A model generated the notes under the pieces. That model searched no databases and was not told the DNA's origin. It was given only the letters and a program-made list of their open reading frames with translations. A DNA stretch of 50,339 bases from an uncultured bacterium. GTDB taxonomy: Bacteria > Gemmatimonadota > Gemmatimonadetes > Gemmatimonadales > Gemmatimonadaceae. A program made the position numbers and the translations under genes. Positions within the stretch are counted from its first letter, which is position 1. Every line of letters starts with the position of its first letter. Positions 25,505-35,296 of this stretch are shown here, in pieces. The DNA is taken from NCBI GenBank assembly GCA_963978095.1, contig CAXBQP010000019.1, positions 1-50,339 on the forward strand, written 5' to 3'.

Positions 25505-26971
25505 GTGCACGACGATGCTACGCCCGCTGCTCCAGGCGACGCCCTGACGGACGCGCCGTCGCTCGATCGCCGCGACTTCCTCCGCGCCGCGACCGTCGGG
25601 ATGGGCGCGATGGCCACCGCCGGCTGCGCCACCACCATCCCCGCGATGCCGGTGCCCGGTATCGCGCCGACCAGACTCGACACGGGCACCGGCGCGGGGC
25701 ATGTGGTGGTCGTCGGCGCGGGGGCATGGGGTGGCTGGACCGCGTATCATCTCCGGCGCCGCGGCGCGCGCGTCACGCTCATCGACCAGTACGGCCCCGC
25801 GAATTCCAAGGCCACGTCCGGCGACGAAACGCGCGGCATCCGTTCCTCCTACGGCGATCGTACCACGGGCGAGTTCTGGGCCAAGTGGGCCCGCATCGCC
25901 CTGCGGCGCTGGAACGAGTTCGACGCCGAGTGGGCCGCGCCCTTCCGGAGCAAATTCTTCTTCGAGACCGGCGACATCATCATGCGCGCCACCGACGAGC
26001 CGTTCGTCAAGAAGACGCGCGAGATCTGGGCGGCACAGGGCGTGAAGCACGAGGTGCTGACGGGTGACGAATGCCGGAAGCGCTATCCGATGATGAACTG
26101 CGATGACATCACCATCGGCCTCTACGAGCCTGACGCCGGCGTCGTCCGCTGTCGCGCCGCCACGCAGTCGGTGGCCGCGATCGCGCAATCGATGGGCGCC
26201 AAGTTCATCCTCGGGAGGGTCAAGCCGGGGAAGATCGTCAATGGCAAGATGGACGGCGTCGTCCTCGATGATGGGACCGTCATCCGCGGTGACGCGTACG
26301 TCTTCTGCCTGGGGGCCTGGTTCCGGAAGTTCTTCCCGGGTGTCATGATGAATCGCATGCGGGTGCCGCTCGGCACCGCCTGCTACTACGGCACGCCGGA
26401 AGGGGACAACCGGTTCACCTTCCCGAATCTTCCGAGCTTCAACTTTCCCGGCACGACCGGGTGGCCGACACTCCATATCGACAGCCGCGGCTTCCGCGTG
26501 CGCGGCGGCATCGCGCCGCCGGCTCCACCAGCGCCGCCCGCGGGCTCGCCCCCGAGCTCGTCCGCGCCCGTCCCGACGCCGCCCGCACCGGCCGATCCGC
26601 GTCAGGAGGATCCGGACCTCAGCAGTCGCTGGGCCAATCAGGCCAACATCGACGGTACGCGCCGCTTCCTGCAGCGCCGCTTTCCCGCGCTCGCGGATGC
26701 CCCGCTGTTGGAGACGCACGCCTGCCATTACGAGATCAGCGTCAATCGCGACTTCATCATCGACCACGTCCCCGAGACCACCAACGCCTGGATCGCCGGC
26801 GTCGGGCAAGCGGAAGGCTTCAAGTTCGGCCCGGTCGCGGGGGAATACGTCGCACAGCGCGTGCTCGGCACCGTGGGTGATCCCGCCGTCGCCAAGGCCT
26901 TCGTGCTCCCCAAGGAGGAGTACGCGCCCCCGGGGCCCGCGCCGAAGCCGCCCAGTGAGGAGGAGTTCTGA
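25505..26971 (+). CDS. Tat-exported FAD-dependent oxidoreductase (DAO/monomeric sarcosine oxidase-like)
   Basis: DRRDFL; VVVGAGAWG; SGDETRGIR; DFIID; GFKFGPVAG. Confidence 0.85.
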   Translation: MHDDATPAAPGDALTDAPSLDRRDFLRAATVGMGAMATAGCATTIPAMPVPGIAPTRLDTGTGAGHVVVVGAGAWGGWTAYHLRRRGARVTLIDQYGPANSKATSGDETRGIRSSYGDRTTGEFWAKWARIALRRWNEFDAEWAAPFRSKFFFETGDIIMRATDEPFVKKTREIWAAQGVKHEVLTGDECRKRYPMMNCDDITIGLYEPDAGVVRCRAATQSVAAIAQSMGAKFILGRVKPGKIVNGKMDGVVLDDGTVIRGDAYVFCLGAWFRKFFPGVMMNRMRVPLGTACYYGTPEGDNRFTFPNLPSFNFPGTTGWPTLHIDSRGFRVRGGIAPPAPPAPPAGSPPSSSAPVPTPPAPADPRQEDPDLSSRWANQANIDGTRRFLQRRFPALADAPLLETHACHYEISVNRDFIIDHVPETTNAWIAGVGQAEGFKFGPVAGEYVAQRVLGTVGDPAVAKAFVLPKEEYAPPGPAPKPPSEEEF

Positions 26972-28026
26972 TGCGTCGCGCGTTCGCCGTGCTCGCCGTG
27001 TTCGGTGCCGCAACCCTCGGCGCCCAACAACAGCCGACCAACGATCTCCCGAATCCCTACAAGACCGTCGAAGGGTGGGCCAAGCTCCCGGCCGGTCGAG
27101 TCTGGGGTTCCACGAGCGCCGTGGACATCGACAAGGACGGCAAGAGCATCTGGGTGGCTGAACGCTGCGGCGCCAACAGTTGTCTCAACTCGACGTTGCC
27201 GAGTGTGCTCAAGTTCGATGAGACGGGAACGCTCGTCGCGAGCTTTGGTGCCGGCATGATGGCGTTCCCGCACGGCATCCACGTGGATCGCGACGGGAAT
27301 GTCTGGGTGACCGACGGTCAGGACAACCGCCCGCGCGCAGGGCGCGGTGGTGCCCCCGCCGATCCCGCACCGATGCCGGCGAAGATCTACGGGCATCAGA
27401 TTTTCAAGTTCTCGCCCAAGGGCGAACTCCTGATGACACTCGGCGCTCCCGGCGGCGGAAAGGGGAAGGACTACTTCTGGCAGCCGAACGACGTGCTGGT
27501 GGCGCCGAACGGCGACATCTTCGTGTGCGAGGGGCATGCGAGCACCGACTCGTCGAACGCGCGCATCCTCAAGTTCGACAAGACCGGCAAGTTCCTGATG
27601 GAGTGGGGGAAGAAGGGAACGGCCAACGGCGAGTTCGATCAGCCGCACGCGTTCGCGATGGATTCCAAGGGACGGCTCTTCGTGGGTGACCGCGGCAACA
27701 ACCGCATCCAGCTCTTCGATCAGAACGGGAAGTGGCTCGACACCTGGTATCAGTTCTCGCGCCCGAGCGGGTTGTGGATCGACGCGGCCGACAACATCTA
27801 CGTGGCCGACAGTGAGTCAGGGTCGATCGATCCGCGGCGCAAGGAGTGGCTGCGCGGAATCCGGATCGGGAGCGCGAAGGATGGGACGGTGAAGGCGTTC
27901 ATTCCGGACCCTGATGTGAACGCGCGGAGCACGAGCGCGGCGGAGGGGGTGGCGGTGGACGCGAAAGGGAACATCTACGGGGCGGAGGTCGGGCCCCGGG
28001 CGTTGAAGCGGTACGTGCGACCATAA
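26971..28026 (+). CDS. Exported NHL-repeat beta-propeller (PAL amidating lyase-like)
   Basis: FPHGIHVDRDGNVWVTD, QPNDV, FDQPH, GDRGNNRIQLFD repeats. Confidence 0.85.
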   Translation: MRRAFAVLAVFGAATLGAQQQPTNDLPNPYKTVEGWAKLPAGRVWGSTSAVDIDKDGKSIWVAERCGANSCLNSTLPSVLKFDETGTLVASFGAGMMAFPHGIHVDRDGNVWVTDGQDNRPRAGRGGAPADPAPMPAKIYGHQIFKFSPKGELLMTLGAPGGGKGKDYFWQPNDVLVAPNGDIFVCEGHASTDSSNARILKFDKTGKFLMEWGKKGTANGEFDQPHAFAMDSKGRLFVGDRGNNRIQLFDQNGKWLDTWYQFSRPSGLWIDAADNIYVADSESGSIDPRRKEWLRGIRIGSAKDGTVKAFIPDPDVNARSTSAAEGVAVDAKGNIYGAEVGPRALKRYVRP

Positions 28027-28045
28027 TTTGTAGATTTGGTGTAAT

Positions 28046-28170
28046 TCGCCATAAATGGCTGTAAATGCTGGAAATATGGGGTATATTCGCCAATAACGGC
28101 GGATATGCCCCATATTGACATATATGGCGATTTGTGCCGACATTTATGGTGTATTCGCCATATATGGAGC
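28046..28170 (+). promoter_or_regulatory. Array of five 16-bp operator-like boxes, consensus palindrome TCGCCATATATGGCGA
   Basis: Boxes at 28046, 28087, 28115, 28137 and 28155; box 3 contains TTGACA; box 5 covers the GGAG RBS. Confidence 0.8.
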
Positions 28171-28173
28171 ATT

Positions 28174-28530
28174 ATGCAATTCTCTGATATCCAGGGCGAT
28201 GCCGCTATCCTCCAAGAGCTCGGTGCGCGCATCGAACGGGTTCGCCTCCAGCGCAACCTGACGCAGGCCGCCCTCGCCGCCCGAGCGGGGGTTTCCAAAC
28301 GCACCATCGAACGCCTCGAATCCGGGGAGACCGCTACCCGGCTCGCGGGGTTCCTGCGCGTCTGCCAGGTGCTGGGTCTCCTCCAGCAGCTCGATCAACT
28401 CGTCCCTGCGCCCGCGCCCAGTCCGATGGAGCTGCTCAAGCTGCGGGGCCGCGAGCGCAAGCGCGCCACCGGAGCGCACGGGGATGAGCAACCCGACGCA
28501 CCGCCCGCCCCGTGGCGGTGGGGCGAGTGA
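28174..28530 (+). CDS. HipB-like XRE antitoxin/regulator
   Basis: RLQRNLTQAALAARAGVSKRTIERLESG; coupled to hipA. Confidence 0.85.
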   Translation: MQFSDIQGDAAILQELGARIERVRLQRNLTQAALAARAGVSKRTIERLESGETATRLAGFLRVCQVLGLLQQLDQLVPAPAPSPMELLKLRGRERKRATGAHGDEQPDAPPAPWRWGE

Positions 28531-29831
28531 CGATGCTCGCCGAGGTGCGGCTGTGGGACCGCACGATCGGCGCGGTGTCGTGGGACGACACCCGCAATTG
28601 CGCCCTCTTCGAGTACGATCGTACCTTCGCGCAGAGCGGCATCCACGTGGCGCCGCTCACGATGCCGCTCGGCCCCGAGGTGTATCGCTTCCCCGAGCTC
28701 GATCGCGCGACGTTCCGTGGGCTGCCGGGGATGCTCGCCGACGCGCTCCCCGATGCCTTCGGCAATGCGCTCATCGATGCGTGGCTCGCGCGAAAGGGGC
28801 GAAGTGCCGCGTCATTCTCGCCGATCGAGCGACTGTGCTACACGGGCACGCGCGGGATGGGCGCACTCGAGTTCAAGCCGTCGGAGGGGCCGCGCTCGCG
28901 ACCCGCCACCCGGATTGAAGTGAGCGAGATGGTGCGCCTCGCCTCCGAGATCCTCGCACAACGCGACGGGATGCGAGCGGATCTGTCGAAGAACGCGCGC
29001 GACCACGCACTCCCTGAGATCCTGCGCGTCGGTACCTCGGCCGGCGGCGCACGCGCCAAGGCGGTGATCGCTTGGCATCCCCAGACGAACGACGTGCGCT
29101 CTGGGCAGATCACCCCGGGCGATGGCTACGAGCACTGGCTCATCAAGTTCGACGGGGTGAGCGGGAACAGGGACCGCGAGCTCGCGGACCCGCAGGGATA
29201 CGGCGCGATCGAGTACGCCTATTCGCTGATGGCGCGCGCGGCGGGGATCAAGATGAGCGAGTGTCGGTTGCTCGAGGAGAACGGGCGCCGGCATTTCATG
29301 ACGCGCCGATTCGACCGTACCGCCGATGGGCACAAGCTCCACATGCAGACGCTCGGCGCGATCGCGCACTACGATTTCGGACTCGCGGGCGCGTACGGCT
29401 ATGAGCAGGCGTTGCTGGTGATCCGCCGGCTCGGACTCGGCGTCGAGGCAGTCGAGCAACAGTTCCGCCGGATGGTGTTCAACGTGATGGCGCGCAATCA
29501 GGACGATCACGTGAAGAACATCGCCTTCCTCATGGACAAGAGCGGACGATGGTCGCTCGCGCCCGCGTACGATGTGATCCACAGCTACAACCCTGCGGGA
29601 GAGTGGACGTCGCAACACCAGATGACCGTCAACGGCAAACGCGACGGGTTCACCGGCGACGACCTGCGCGCGGTGGCCGCAACGGCAAGGATCTCGCGAG
29701 CACGCGGCCTCGCAATCGTCGAGGAGGTGCGCGCCGCGGTGACGCGGTGGGAGGAGTTCGCGGAGCACGCGAAGGTGCGCGCCGAGCAGATCACCGCAAT
29801 CGCGGCGGATCGGCGACTTTCGCTCCGCTGA
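28527..29831 (+). CDS. hipA: HipA-family serine/threonine kinase toxin
   Basis: DALPDAFG, GTSAGGARAK, WLIKFD, RRFDR, NQDDHVKN, LAPAYD. Confidence 0.93.
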   Translation: MTMLAEVRLWDRTIGAVSWDDTRNCALFEYDRTFAQSGIHVAPLTMPLGPEVYRFPELDRATFRGLPGMLADALPDAFGNALIDAWLARKGRSAASFSPIERLCYTGTRGMGALEFKPSEGPRSRPATRIEVSEMVRLASEILAQRDGMRADLSKNARDHALPEILRVGTSAGGARAKAVIAWHPQTNDVRSGQITPGDGYEHWLIKFDGVSGNRDRELADPQGYGAIEYAYSLMARAAGIKMSECRLLEENGRRHFMTRRFDRTADGHKLHMQTLGAIAHYDFGLAGAYGYEQALLVIRRLGLGVEAVEQQFRRMVFNVMARNQDDHVKNIAFLMDKSGRWSLAPAYDVIHSYNPAGEWTSQHQMTVNGKRDGFTGDDLRAVAATARISRARGLAIVEEVRAAVTRWEEFAEHAKVRAEQITAIAADRRLSLR

Positions 29832-29844
29832 GCACCGTCGCAAG

Positions 29845-29884
29845 CGAGACCGGGGGCCGCGGATCACCGCGGCCCCCGGTCTCG
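29845..29884. terminator. 18-bp perfect hairpin between convergent genes
   Basis: CGAGACCGGGGGCCGCGG-ATCA-CCGCGGCCCCCGGTCTCG; no U-tract. Confidence 0.65.
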
Positions 29885-29901
29885 TTCCAACACTCAGGCG
29901 A

Positions 29902-32103
29902 TCATTTCGGCAAGGTCAGCGCCACGAGTGCGGTGCTGCTGCCCAAGCCCGTCGCGAAGACGATGTACTGCTTTCCCTTGTGCAAGAAGGTCATCGGTAC
30001 GGCGGTGGTCTTGCTCGGGATCTTCACCGCGCCCACCTGCCTGCCGCTCATCTTGTCGACCGCGAAAAGCGTCGGCGCCTGGCCCGGCACGCCCCCACTG
30101 CGTCCGGTGCCGTAGACGACGAGCGACTTGGTGTTCATGACCTGGGGCTGCCCGCCCGGCGTGCGCGGCGGCAGCTTGACGCCGGCGAACAGCGGATCGT
30201 TGCTCGTCACGGGAATGAAGCCGCCGTTCGGGATCCACCACTTCTTGTCACCGGTCTTCATGTCGTAGCCGGTGACGCCACCGTACTCCTTCGGCTTGAG
30301 GATGCTCACCCCGCCGATGGTGGTGCCGTTCGCGCGATTCTCGAAGCCGCCGCCACGACCGCCGCCCGGCTTGTAGTCGGGTGGAGTCGGCATCGCGCCG
30401 ATCAGGCCGCACGAGTCATGCACCGAGCTGTAGCGGAACTGCGAGCAGGGATCCTTCTGCAACTGCGTGGTGCTCAAGCCGCTCTGCCCGCCGACGTAGA
30501 TCCAGCCGTTGTCGGGATCGGCCGCGGTGCCGCCATCGATGTTCACGCCACCGCTCGCACCCGGCGCGTACCACGAGCATTTGTAGCCGTACTTGCCGGT
30601 GCCGTCGGTGGTCGAGGCAGGAATGAAGTACGGCCCCATGCGGCAGCGCTGCGCGAGCTTGAGCGCACTGTCCTTCACCGCCGGCGTGTAGTCGATCAGG
30701 TCGCTCTCGAGCAGCCCCTGCTGGGAATAGGGAGCGGGTTTCGACGGGATCGGCTGCGTGGGCCAGGTCTCCTCGCCGGGCACGTCGCTCTGGAGCACGG
30801 GTGTCTCGACAATCGGCCACACCGGGACGCCGGTCTCGCGATCCAGCACGTACACCCATCCCTGCTTGGTGGTCTGCGCGAGGATCTTGCGCGGCTTGCC
30901 GTCGATCGTGACATCGAGGAGGTTCGGGGCCATCGGCACATCGTAGTCCCAGATGTCGTGGTGCACGAGCTGATAGTGCCACTTCTTCTTGCCCGTCTTC
31001 GCGTCGAGCGCGACAACGGAGTTGCCGTACAGATTCGCGCCCGGGCGATGCCCGCCGTACTCGTCCATGAGCGGCATGCCGACGGGCACATACACCATGC
31101 CGAGCGCCGGATCCGCCGACCAGGTGGCCCATGGATCGTTCTTGCCGACGCCGTCGCTGTCGATCTTCGAGCCCTTGGTCCACGTCTCGGCGCCGGGCTC
31201 ACCCGGCTGGGGAATCAGGTTGAACTTCCAGAGCTGCTTTCCGGTGCGGATATCGAAACCGCGCACGTAGCCGGGCAGATTGTGCAACTTGATCGGATAG
31301 TAGCCGTGAATGGACGAGTTGCCGACGACGAAGACATCGCCGACGACGATCCCCGGTGAACTGTTGGCGATCTCGCCATGCGCGGGATCGATCCCCACCG
31401 AACCGTCGGCGCCGGTCTTGGTGACGGGGTCCCATTTCTCGCCGGGCTTCGCTTTGCGGAGCGGCGCCGCGTCCGAAATGATGAGCGGTCCTGAGTCATC
31501 GACCGCAAGGGGAACCAGCGGAAAGCCGAGTCCTTCCTCGAGATCCACGACGCCATTCTTGCCGAAGGCGGGGTCGGGTTTCCCGGTCGCCGCATCGATC
31601 GAGTACAAGTGGTAACCCGGGGTCACCACCAGCACCCGCTCCTTCGTGCCGTCGGTCCAATAGGACAACCCGCGTCCCGCGAACTGGCGCGGTGCCTTCT
31701 GCCAGCGGATCCCCTCGTCGAATTTGAACGACCAGAGCGTCTGCCCGTTGCTCGGATCGATGGCGATCGGGTAGCGGCGCGTCGTCGCCACGGTCAGCAC
31801 CCGACCGTTGGCGAAGAGCGGTGTGGTCCGGTAGTACTCGTCCTCGCCGAAGTCGCCCGCTTTCCAGGTCCACGCGACTTGGAGCGAGTCGAAGTTCCTG
31901 GCGTTGATCTGATCGAGCGCGGAGTAGCGCGTGCTCCACGCGTCGGCGCCCCAGTAGCGCCATTCGCCGGGCACGTTGCCGCGCACGATGGCTTTGCCCT
32001 GGGCGGCGTCGCCGCGGGTGACACCGATTGCGCCGGCGACCATCACCGTGCAGGCGGCGAGCGTGATGCCGAGCGTTCGGTTGAAGAACGAAGGTGATGC
32101 CAT
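29902..32103 (-). CDS. Exported PQQ-dependent dehydrogenase (quinoprotein glucose dehydrogenase-like, without the five N-terminal TM helices)
   Basis: STRYSALDQIN, GYVRGFDIRTGK, GGHRPGANLY, HHDIWDYD, PMTF..GKQYIV. Confidence 0.9.
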   Translation of the reverse strand: MASPSFFNRTLGITLAACTVMVAGAIGVTRGDAAQGKAIVRGNVPGEWRYWGADAWSTRYSALDQINARNFDSLQVAWTWKAGDFGEDEYYRTTPLFANGRVLTVATTRRYPIAIDPSNGQTLWSFKFDEGIRWQKAPRQFAGRGLSYWTDGTKERVLVVTPGYHLYSIDAATGKPDPAFGKNGVVDLEEGLGFPLVPLAVDDSGPLIISDAAPLRKAKPGEKWDPVTKTGADGSVGIDPAHGEIANSSPGIVVGDVFVVGNSSIHGYYPIKLHNLPGYVRGFDIRTGKQLWKFNLIPQPGEPGAETWTKGSKIDSDGVGKNDPWATWSADPALGMVYVPVGMPLMDEYGGHRPGANLYGNSVVALDAKTGKKKWHYQLVHHDIWDYDVPMAPNLLDVTIDGKPRKILAQTTKQGWVYVLDRETGVPVWPIVETPVLQSDVPGEETWPTQPIPSKPAPYSQQGLLESDLIDYTPAVKDSALKLAQRCRMGPYFIPASTTDGTGKYGYKCSWYAPGASGGVNIDGGTAADPDNGWIYVGGQSGLSTTQLQKDPCSQFRYSSVHDSCGLIGAMPTPPDYKPGGGRGGGFENRANGTTIGGVSILKPKEYGGVTGYDMKTGDKKWWIPNGGFIPVTSNDPLFAGVKLPPRTPGGQPQVMNTKSLVVYGTGRSGGVPGQAPTLFAVDKMSGRQVGAVKIPSKTTAVPMTFLHKGKQYIVFATGLGSSTALVALTLPK

Positions 32104-32155
32104 GGGAACGTCCTCTGGAACGAGTGGGGAATGCGACGGTGCAGCGACGACCTGT

Positions 32156-33967
32156 TCAGCGTTGCGACGGCTTCGGGGCAGCGGGTTTCAATTCGATCTT
32201 GATTTGCTTCAGTTGCGGGATGTCGGCACTCAGCGTCGCACTGCCGGACGGCATGCCGTTGAGTTTCAGGATGTAGGCCAGCAACATCGCCGCGTCGTCG
32301 GGCTCGAGCGTGCCCGGCGCGCTCTTGGGCATCAGCGTGAGAATGTAGGTCATCAAGTCCGAGAGCGGCTTGCCGACCCAATGCTCCTTGAATGGTGCAC
32401 CGGTGTGCGAGATGGCGGTGTGGCAGCTCTGGCAAAGCCCCAGGTAGAGGTCGCGTCCCTGCGCGGCCTGCGCGGCGGTGAAGACGCCATCGCGCGTCGT
32501 GGTCTGCGCCTGCGCCACCTGCGCGCTCGCGCCGATCGCCACCACGAGGCCGATCGCCGCGCTGGCGACGGCGCTGCTCCGCGCACTTCCGAAGCGCCGG
32601 ACGATCACCTGGAATCCCCAGGCCGCGCCCAGAGCGACGCAGAGCAGTAAGGCGCCCTGCACGAGCGAGAGCCAGAACGCCGTATCGATCGCGGGTACGG
32701 CCATACGATACGCCAGCAACGCGGCACCGCGCTCGGTCATCCAGTGCCACGCCTCGTGCGCCACGATGGCGGAGAGGACGACGACCCCGGTGCGCGCGGT
32801 CACGAGTCTCGGCAGGAGCCATGCCAGCATCGGTACGGTCGCGGCGAGCACCATCAACTGCCCCACCTCCACGCCGACATTGAACGCCGCCAATGACGCG
32901 ACCAGATGTGCGCCGCCGAACTGCAATGATTCCTTCAGCGCGAAGCTGAAGCCGAATCCGTGCACGAGGCCGAACCCGAATGCCATGCGCCAACGATATC
33001 CCAATCGCTCTTCGCCCACGACGATGTTCTCGATCGCCATGTACACGATCGACAGCGCGATCAGCGCTTCGATCAGGGGCGGGAACCAGAGCGCGTTCGG
33101 CGCCACGCCCAACGCCGACCCCACGAGCGTGATCGAGTGCGCGAGCGTGAAGGCCGTGACGATCTCCACGAGGCGCCGCCACTGGCGCACGGGAATCACC
33201 AGACACAACACGAACAGCAGATGATCGATGCCGCTGAGGATGTGTCGGATCCCGAGCGCCACGAACCGTCGAGCCGCCTCGTACCAGCGCGGATCGAGTG
33301 CCACGAGGCCGGGATTCCCGACATACTCGAAGACCCGCTCGCCGCTTCCCGGGGGGAGAAAGCGCAGCACCGTGGTGGTGCGCACGCCAAGATGGGCGAG
33401 CCCGGGCTCGATCGTGAACGATGCCTGATCGTTCGCGATGGGATACTCGATGATCAGATCGAGCATCGCCTGTGTCCAGCGGAGTTCGGTGCTCGGCGGC
33501 AACGGAGCGTCCGCCACGTGCGCCACGGCGGCGTCGTAGGAGGTGAACGAGCGGTCGCTTGGCACGGAGAGCTGGGTACGAACCGTCCCGTTCGCGCGGA
33601 GCAGGTGGCCGTCTTCGTACAGCTTCAGGTAATCGGCGATCCACAGCTTGGCGGCGTCCGGCAGCAGCGGGGCCACGGCCGTCGGGTCGAGCGAGCCGTC
33701 GGCGCGCGGCCGGATATCGAGGTCGCGCATCGACTCGAGCGGGACCCGCGCCACGACCCGCAGCAGTCGTCCTTCCGGGCGCACGAACGCCAGGATCCCG
33801 ACCCGGGCCGGAATCTCGTGGGCGTGCACCACCGGCGCGGACCAGATCAGCAGCACCCAGCCGAAGATCACCGCGACGACGAGCGCGACCACGATCGCGA
33901 ACGAGGCGGTCATCGCCCTCGTCACGCTCCCCAGCCCTCGCAGGATCTTCGCTCCGCTACGCCCCAT
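32156..33967 (-). CDS. HupE/UreJ-family membrane protein with N-terminal exported domain and C-terminal cytochrome c
   Basis: VHA-HEIP; GIRHILSGIDHLLF, AFTLAHSITL, FGFGLVHGFGF; then GVFTAAQAAQG...CQSCH...LMP. Confidence 0.85.
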   Translation of the reverse strand: MGRSGAKILRGLGSVTRAMTASFAIVVALVVAVIFGWVLLIWSAPVVHAHEIPARVGILAFVRPEGRLLRVVARVPLESMRDLDIRPRADGSLDPTAVAPLLPDAAKLWIADYLKLYEDGHLLRANGTVRTQLSVPSDRSFTSYDAAVAHVADAPLPPSTELRWTQAMLDLIIEYPIANDQASFTIEPGLAHLGVRTTTVLRFLPPGSGERVFEYVGNPGLVALDPRWYEAARRFVALGIRHILSGIDHLLFVLCLVIPVRQWRRLVEIVTAFTLAHSITLVGSALGVAPNALWFPPLIEALIALSIVYMAIENIVVGEERLGYRWRMAFGFGLVHGFGFSFALKESLQFGGAHLVASLAAFNVGVEVGQLMVLAATVPMLAWLLPRLVTARTGVVVLSAIVAHEAWHWMTERGAALLAYRMAVPAIDTAFWLSLVQGALLLCVALGAAWGFQVIVRRFGSARSSAVASAAIGLVVAIGASAQVAQAQTTTRDGVFTAAQAAQGRDLYLGLCQSCHTAISHTGAPFKEHWVGKPLSDLMTYILTLMPKSAPGTLEPDDAAMLLAYILKLNGMPSGSATLSADIPQLKQIKIELKPAAPKPSQR

Positions 33968-34102
33968 GCTCGTGAACCTTGGGTTCGGTACTCTGGACGG
34001 ACGCTGCCCGGCACGGTTAGTTACACCTCGTCACCGGGCGACGTCGAGTATACGGCGTTGCCGCCTTTCCAGCCACCTCGCGCCCCTTTCGAGGAGCATG
34101 CC

Positions 34103-35296
34103 ATGACGGTTCGCCGCCCCTGGATCATTGCCGGAACCCTCGCCGCCGTCACCGTCGCGCTCGGCGTCGCGCAGCACTCGCTCTCCGCAGCGCTCCGCCA
34201 ACAGACGGTGCAGGCGCCGGCCTTCGAGGTCGATCCGGTCTGGCCCAAGCCGCTTCCGAACCATTGGATCCTGGGCTCCACCATCGGCGTCGGCGTGGAC
34301 GCGCGCGACCACGTGTTCATCATCCATCGCGGCGACTCGACCCTCACCATGCGCACCGAGGCCGGGCTCGACACCGATCCCAAGACCGGTGAATGCTGCG
34401 CGGCTGCGCCGCCGGTCCTCGAGTTCGACCCCGAGGGGAATCTCGTGAACTCATGGGGGTGGCAGCCGGGACAGGGCGAGGGCTTCAAGTGGCCCGCCTC
34501 GAACCACGGCATCTCGGTCGATCCGGCCGGAAACATCTGGATCGGCGGCAATGGCACCGGGGACAGCCACATCCTCAAGTTCACGCACGAAGGGAAGTTC
34601 CTGCAGCAGATCGGTGTGCCGGGACGTGCGCCGAACAGCAACAGCAAGGACGCCTTCGGCCGCGTCGCCAAGATCACCTTCGATGCGAAGGCCAACGAGG
34701 CGTACATCGCGGACGGCTACGGCAACAAGCGGGTCGCCGTCCTCGACATCACCACCGGTGCCATCAAGCGCTTCTGGGGCGCCTACGGCAACGTCCCCTC
34801 CGATTCCAACCTGGGCCGCTACAATCCCGCGGCCCCACTCGCGCAACAGTTCCGGAATCCGGTCCACTGCGCCGAACCCAGCAATGACGGGCTGGTCTAC
34901 GTGTGCGACCGCCCGAACGACCGCATTCAGGTCTTCACCAAGGACGGAAAGTTCGTCAAGGAACAGCAGTACGTGCCGGCCACGCTGGGTGACGGATCGG
35001 TGTGGGACATCGCGTTCAGCAAGGACGCGGCCCAGAAGTACATCTTCCTGGCGGATGGCAAGAACGAGCGGGTGTATGTCATCGACCGTCAGTCGCTGGC
35101 CGTGATCACGCAGTTCGGCGACGGTGGCCGTCAGCCCGGGCAGTTCTTCGCGGTGCACAGCATCGCGACCGACAGCAAGGGCAACCTGTACACCACCGAG
35201 ACCTACGAGGGGAAGCGCCTGCAGAAGTTCGCCTACAAGGGCATGAAGGCGGTCGCCAAGAACCAGGGTGTCGTCTGGCCGGGGCGCTACAAGTGA
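34103..35296 (+). CDS. Exported NHL-repeat beta-propeller protein
   Basis: FEVDPVWPKPLPNHW, ECCAAAPPVLEFD, ADGYGNKRV, VHC, CDRPNDRIQVF; GAGGAG RBS. Confidence 0.85.
   Translation: MTVRRPWIIAGTLAAVTVALGVAQHSLSAALRQQTVQAPAFEVDPVWPKPLPNHWILGSTIGVGVDARDHVFIIHRGDSTLTMRTEAGLDTDPKTGECCAAAPPVLEFDPEGNLVNSWGWQPGQGEGFKWPASNHGISVDPAGNIWIGGNGTGDSHILKFTHEGKFLQQIGVPGRAPNSNSKDAFGRVAKITFDAKANEAYIADGYGNKRVAVLDITTGAIKRFWGAYGNVPSDSNLGRYNPAAPLAQQFRNPVHCAEPSNDGLVYVCDRPNDRIQVFTKDGKFVKEQQYVPATLGDGSVWDIAFSKDAAQKYIFLADGKNERVYVIDRQSLAVITQFGDGGRQPGQFFAVHSIATDSKGNLYTTETYEGKRLQKFAYKGMKAVAKNQGVVWPGRYK

Noticed and set aside
28046..28170. CRISPR or iteron array
   Set aside because: Irregularly spaced degenerate 16-bp palindromes directly upstream of an XRE gene fit operators better.
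29902..32103. Lanthanide-dependent dehydrogenase (WDYD motif)
   Set aside because: A DxD at this position is also usual in glucose dehydrogenase-type quinoproteins, and the vicinal Cys-Cys of XoxF/ExaF is not seen, so the motif is not diagnostic.
13886..33967. Stop-codon reassignment explaining several run-on fusions
   Set aside because: TGA, TAG and TAA all terminate genes normally here, and the junctions contain no in-frame stop.
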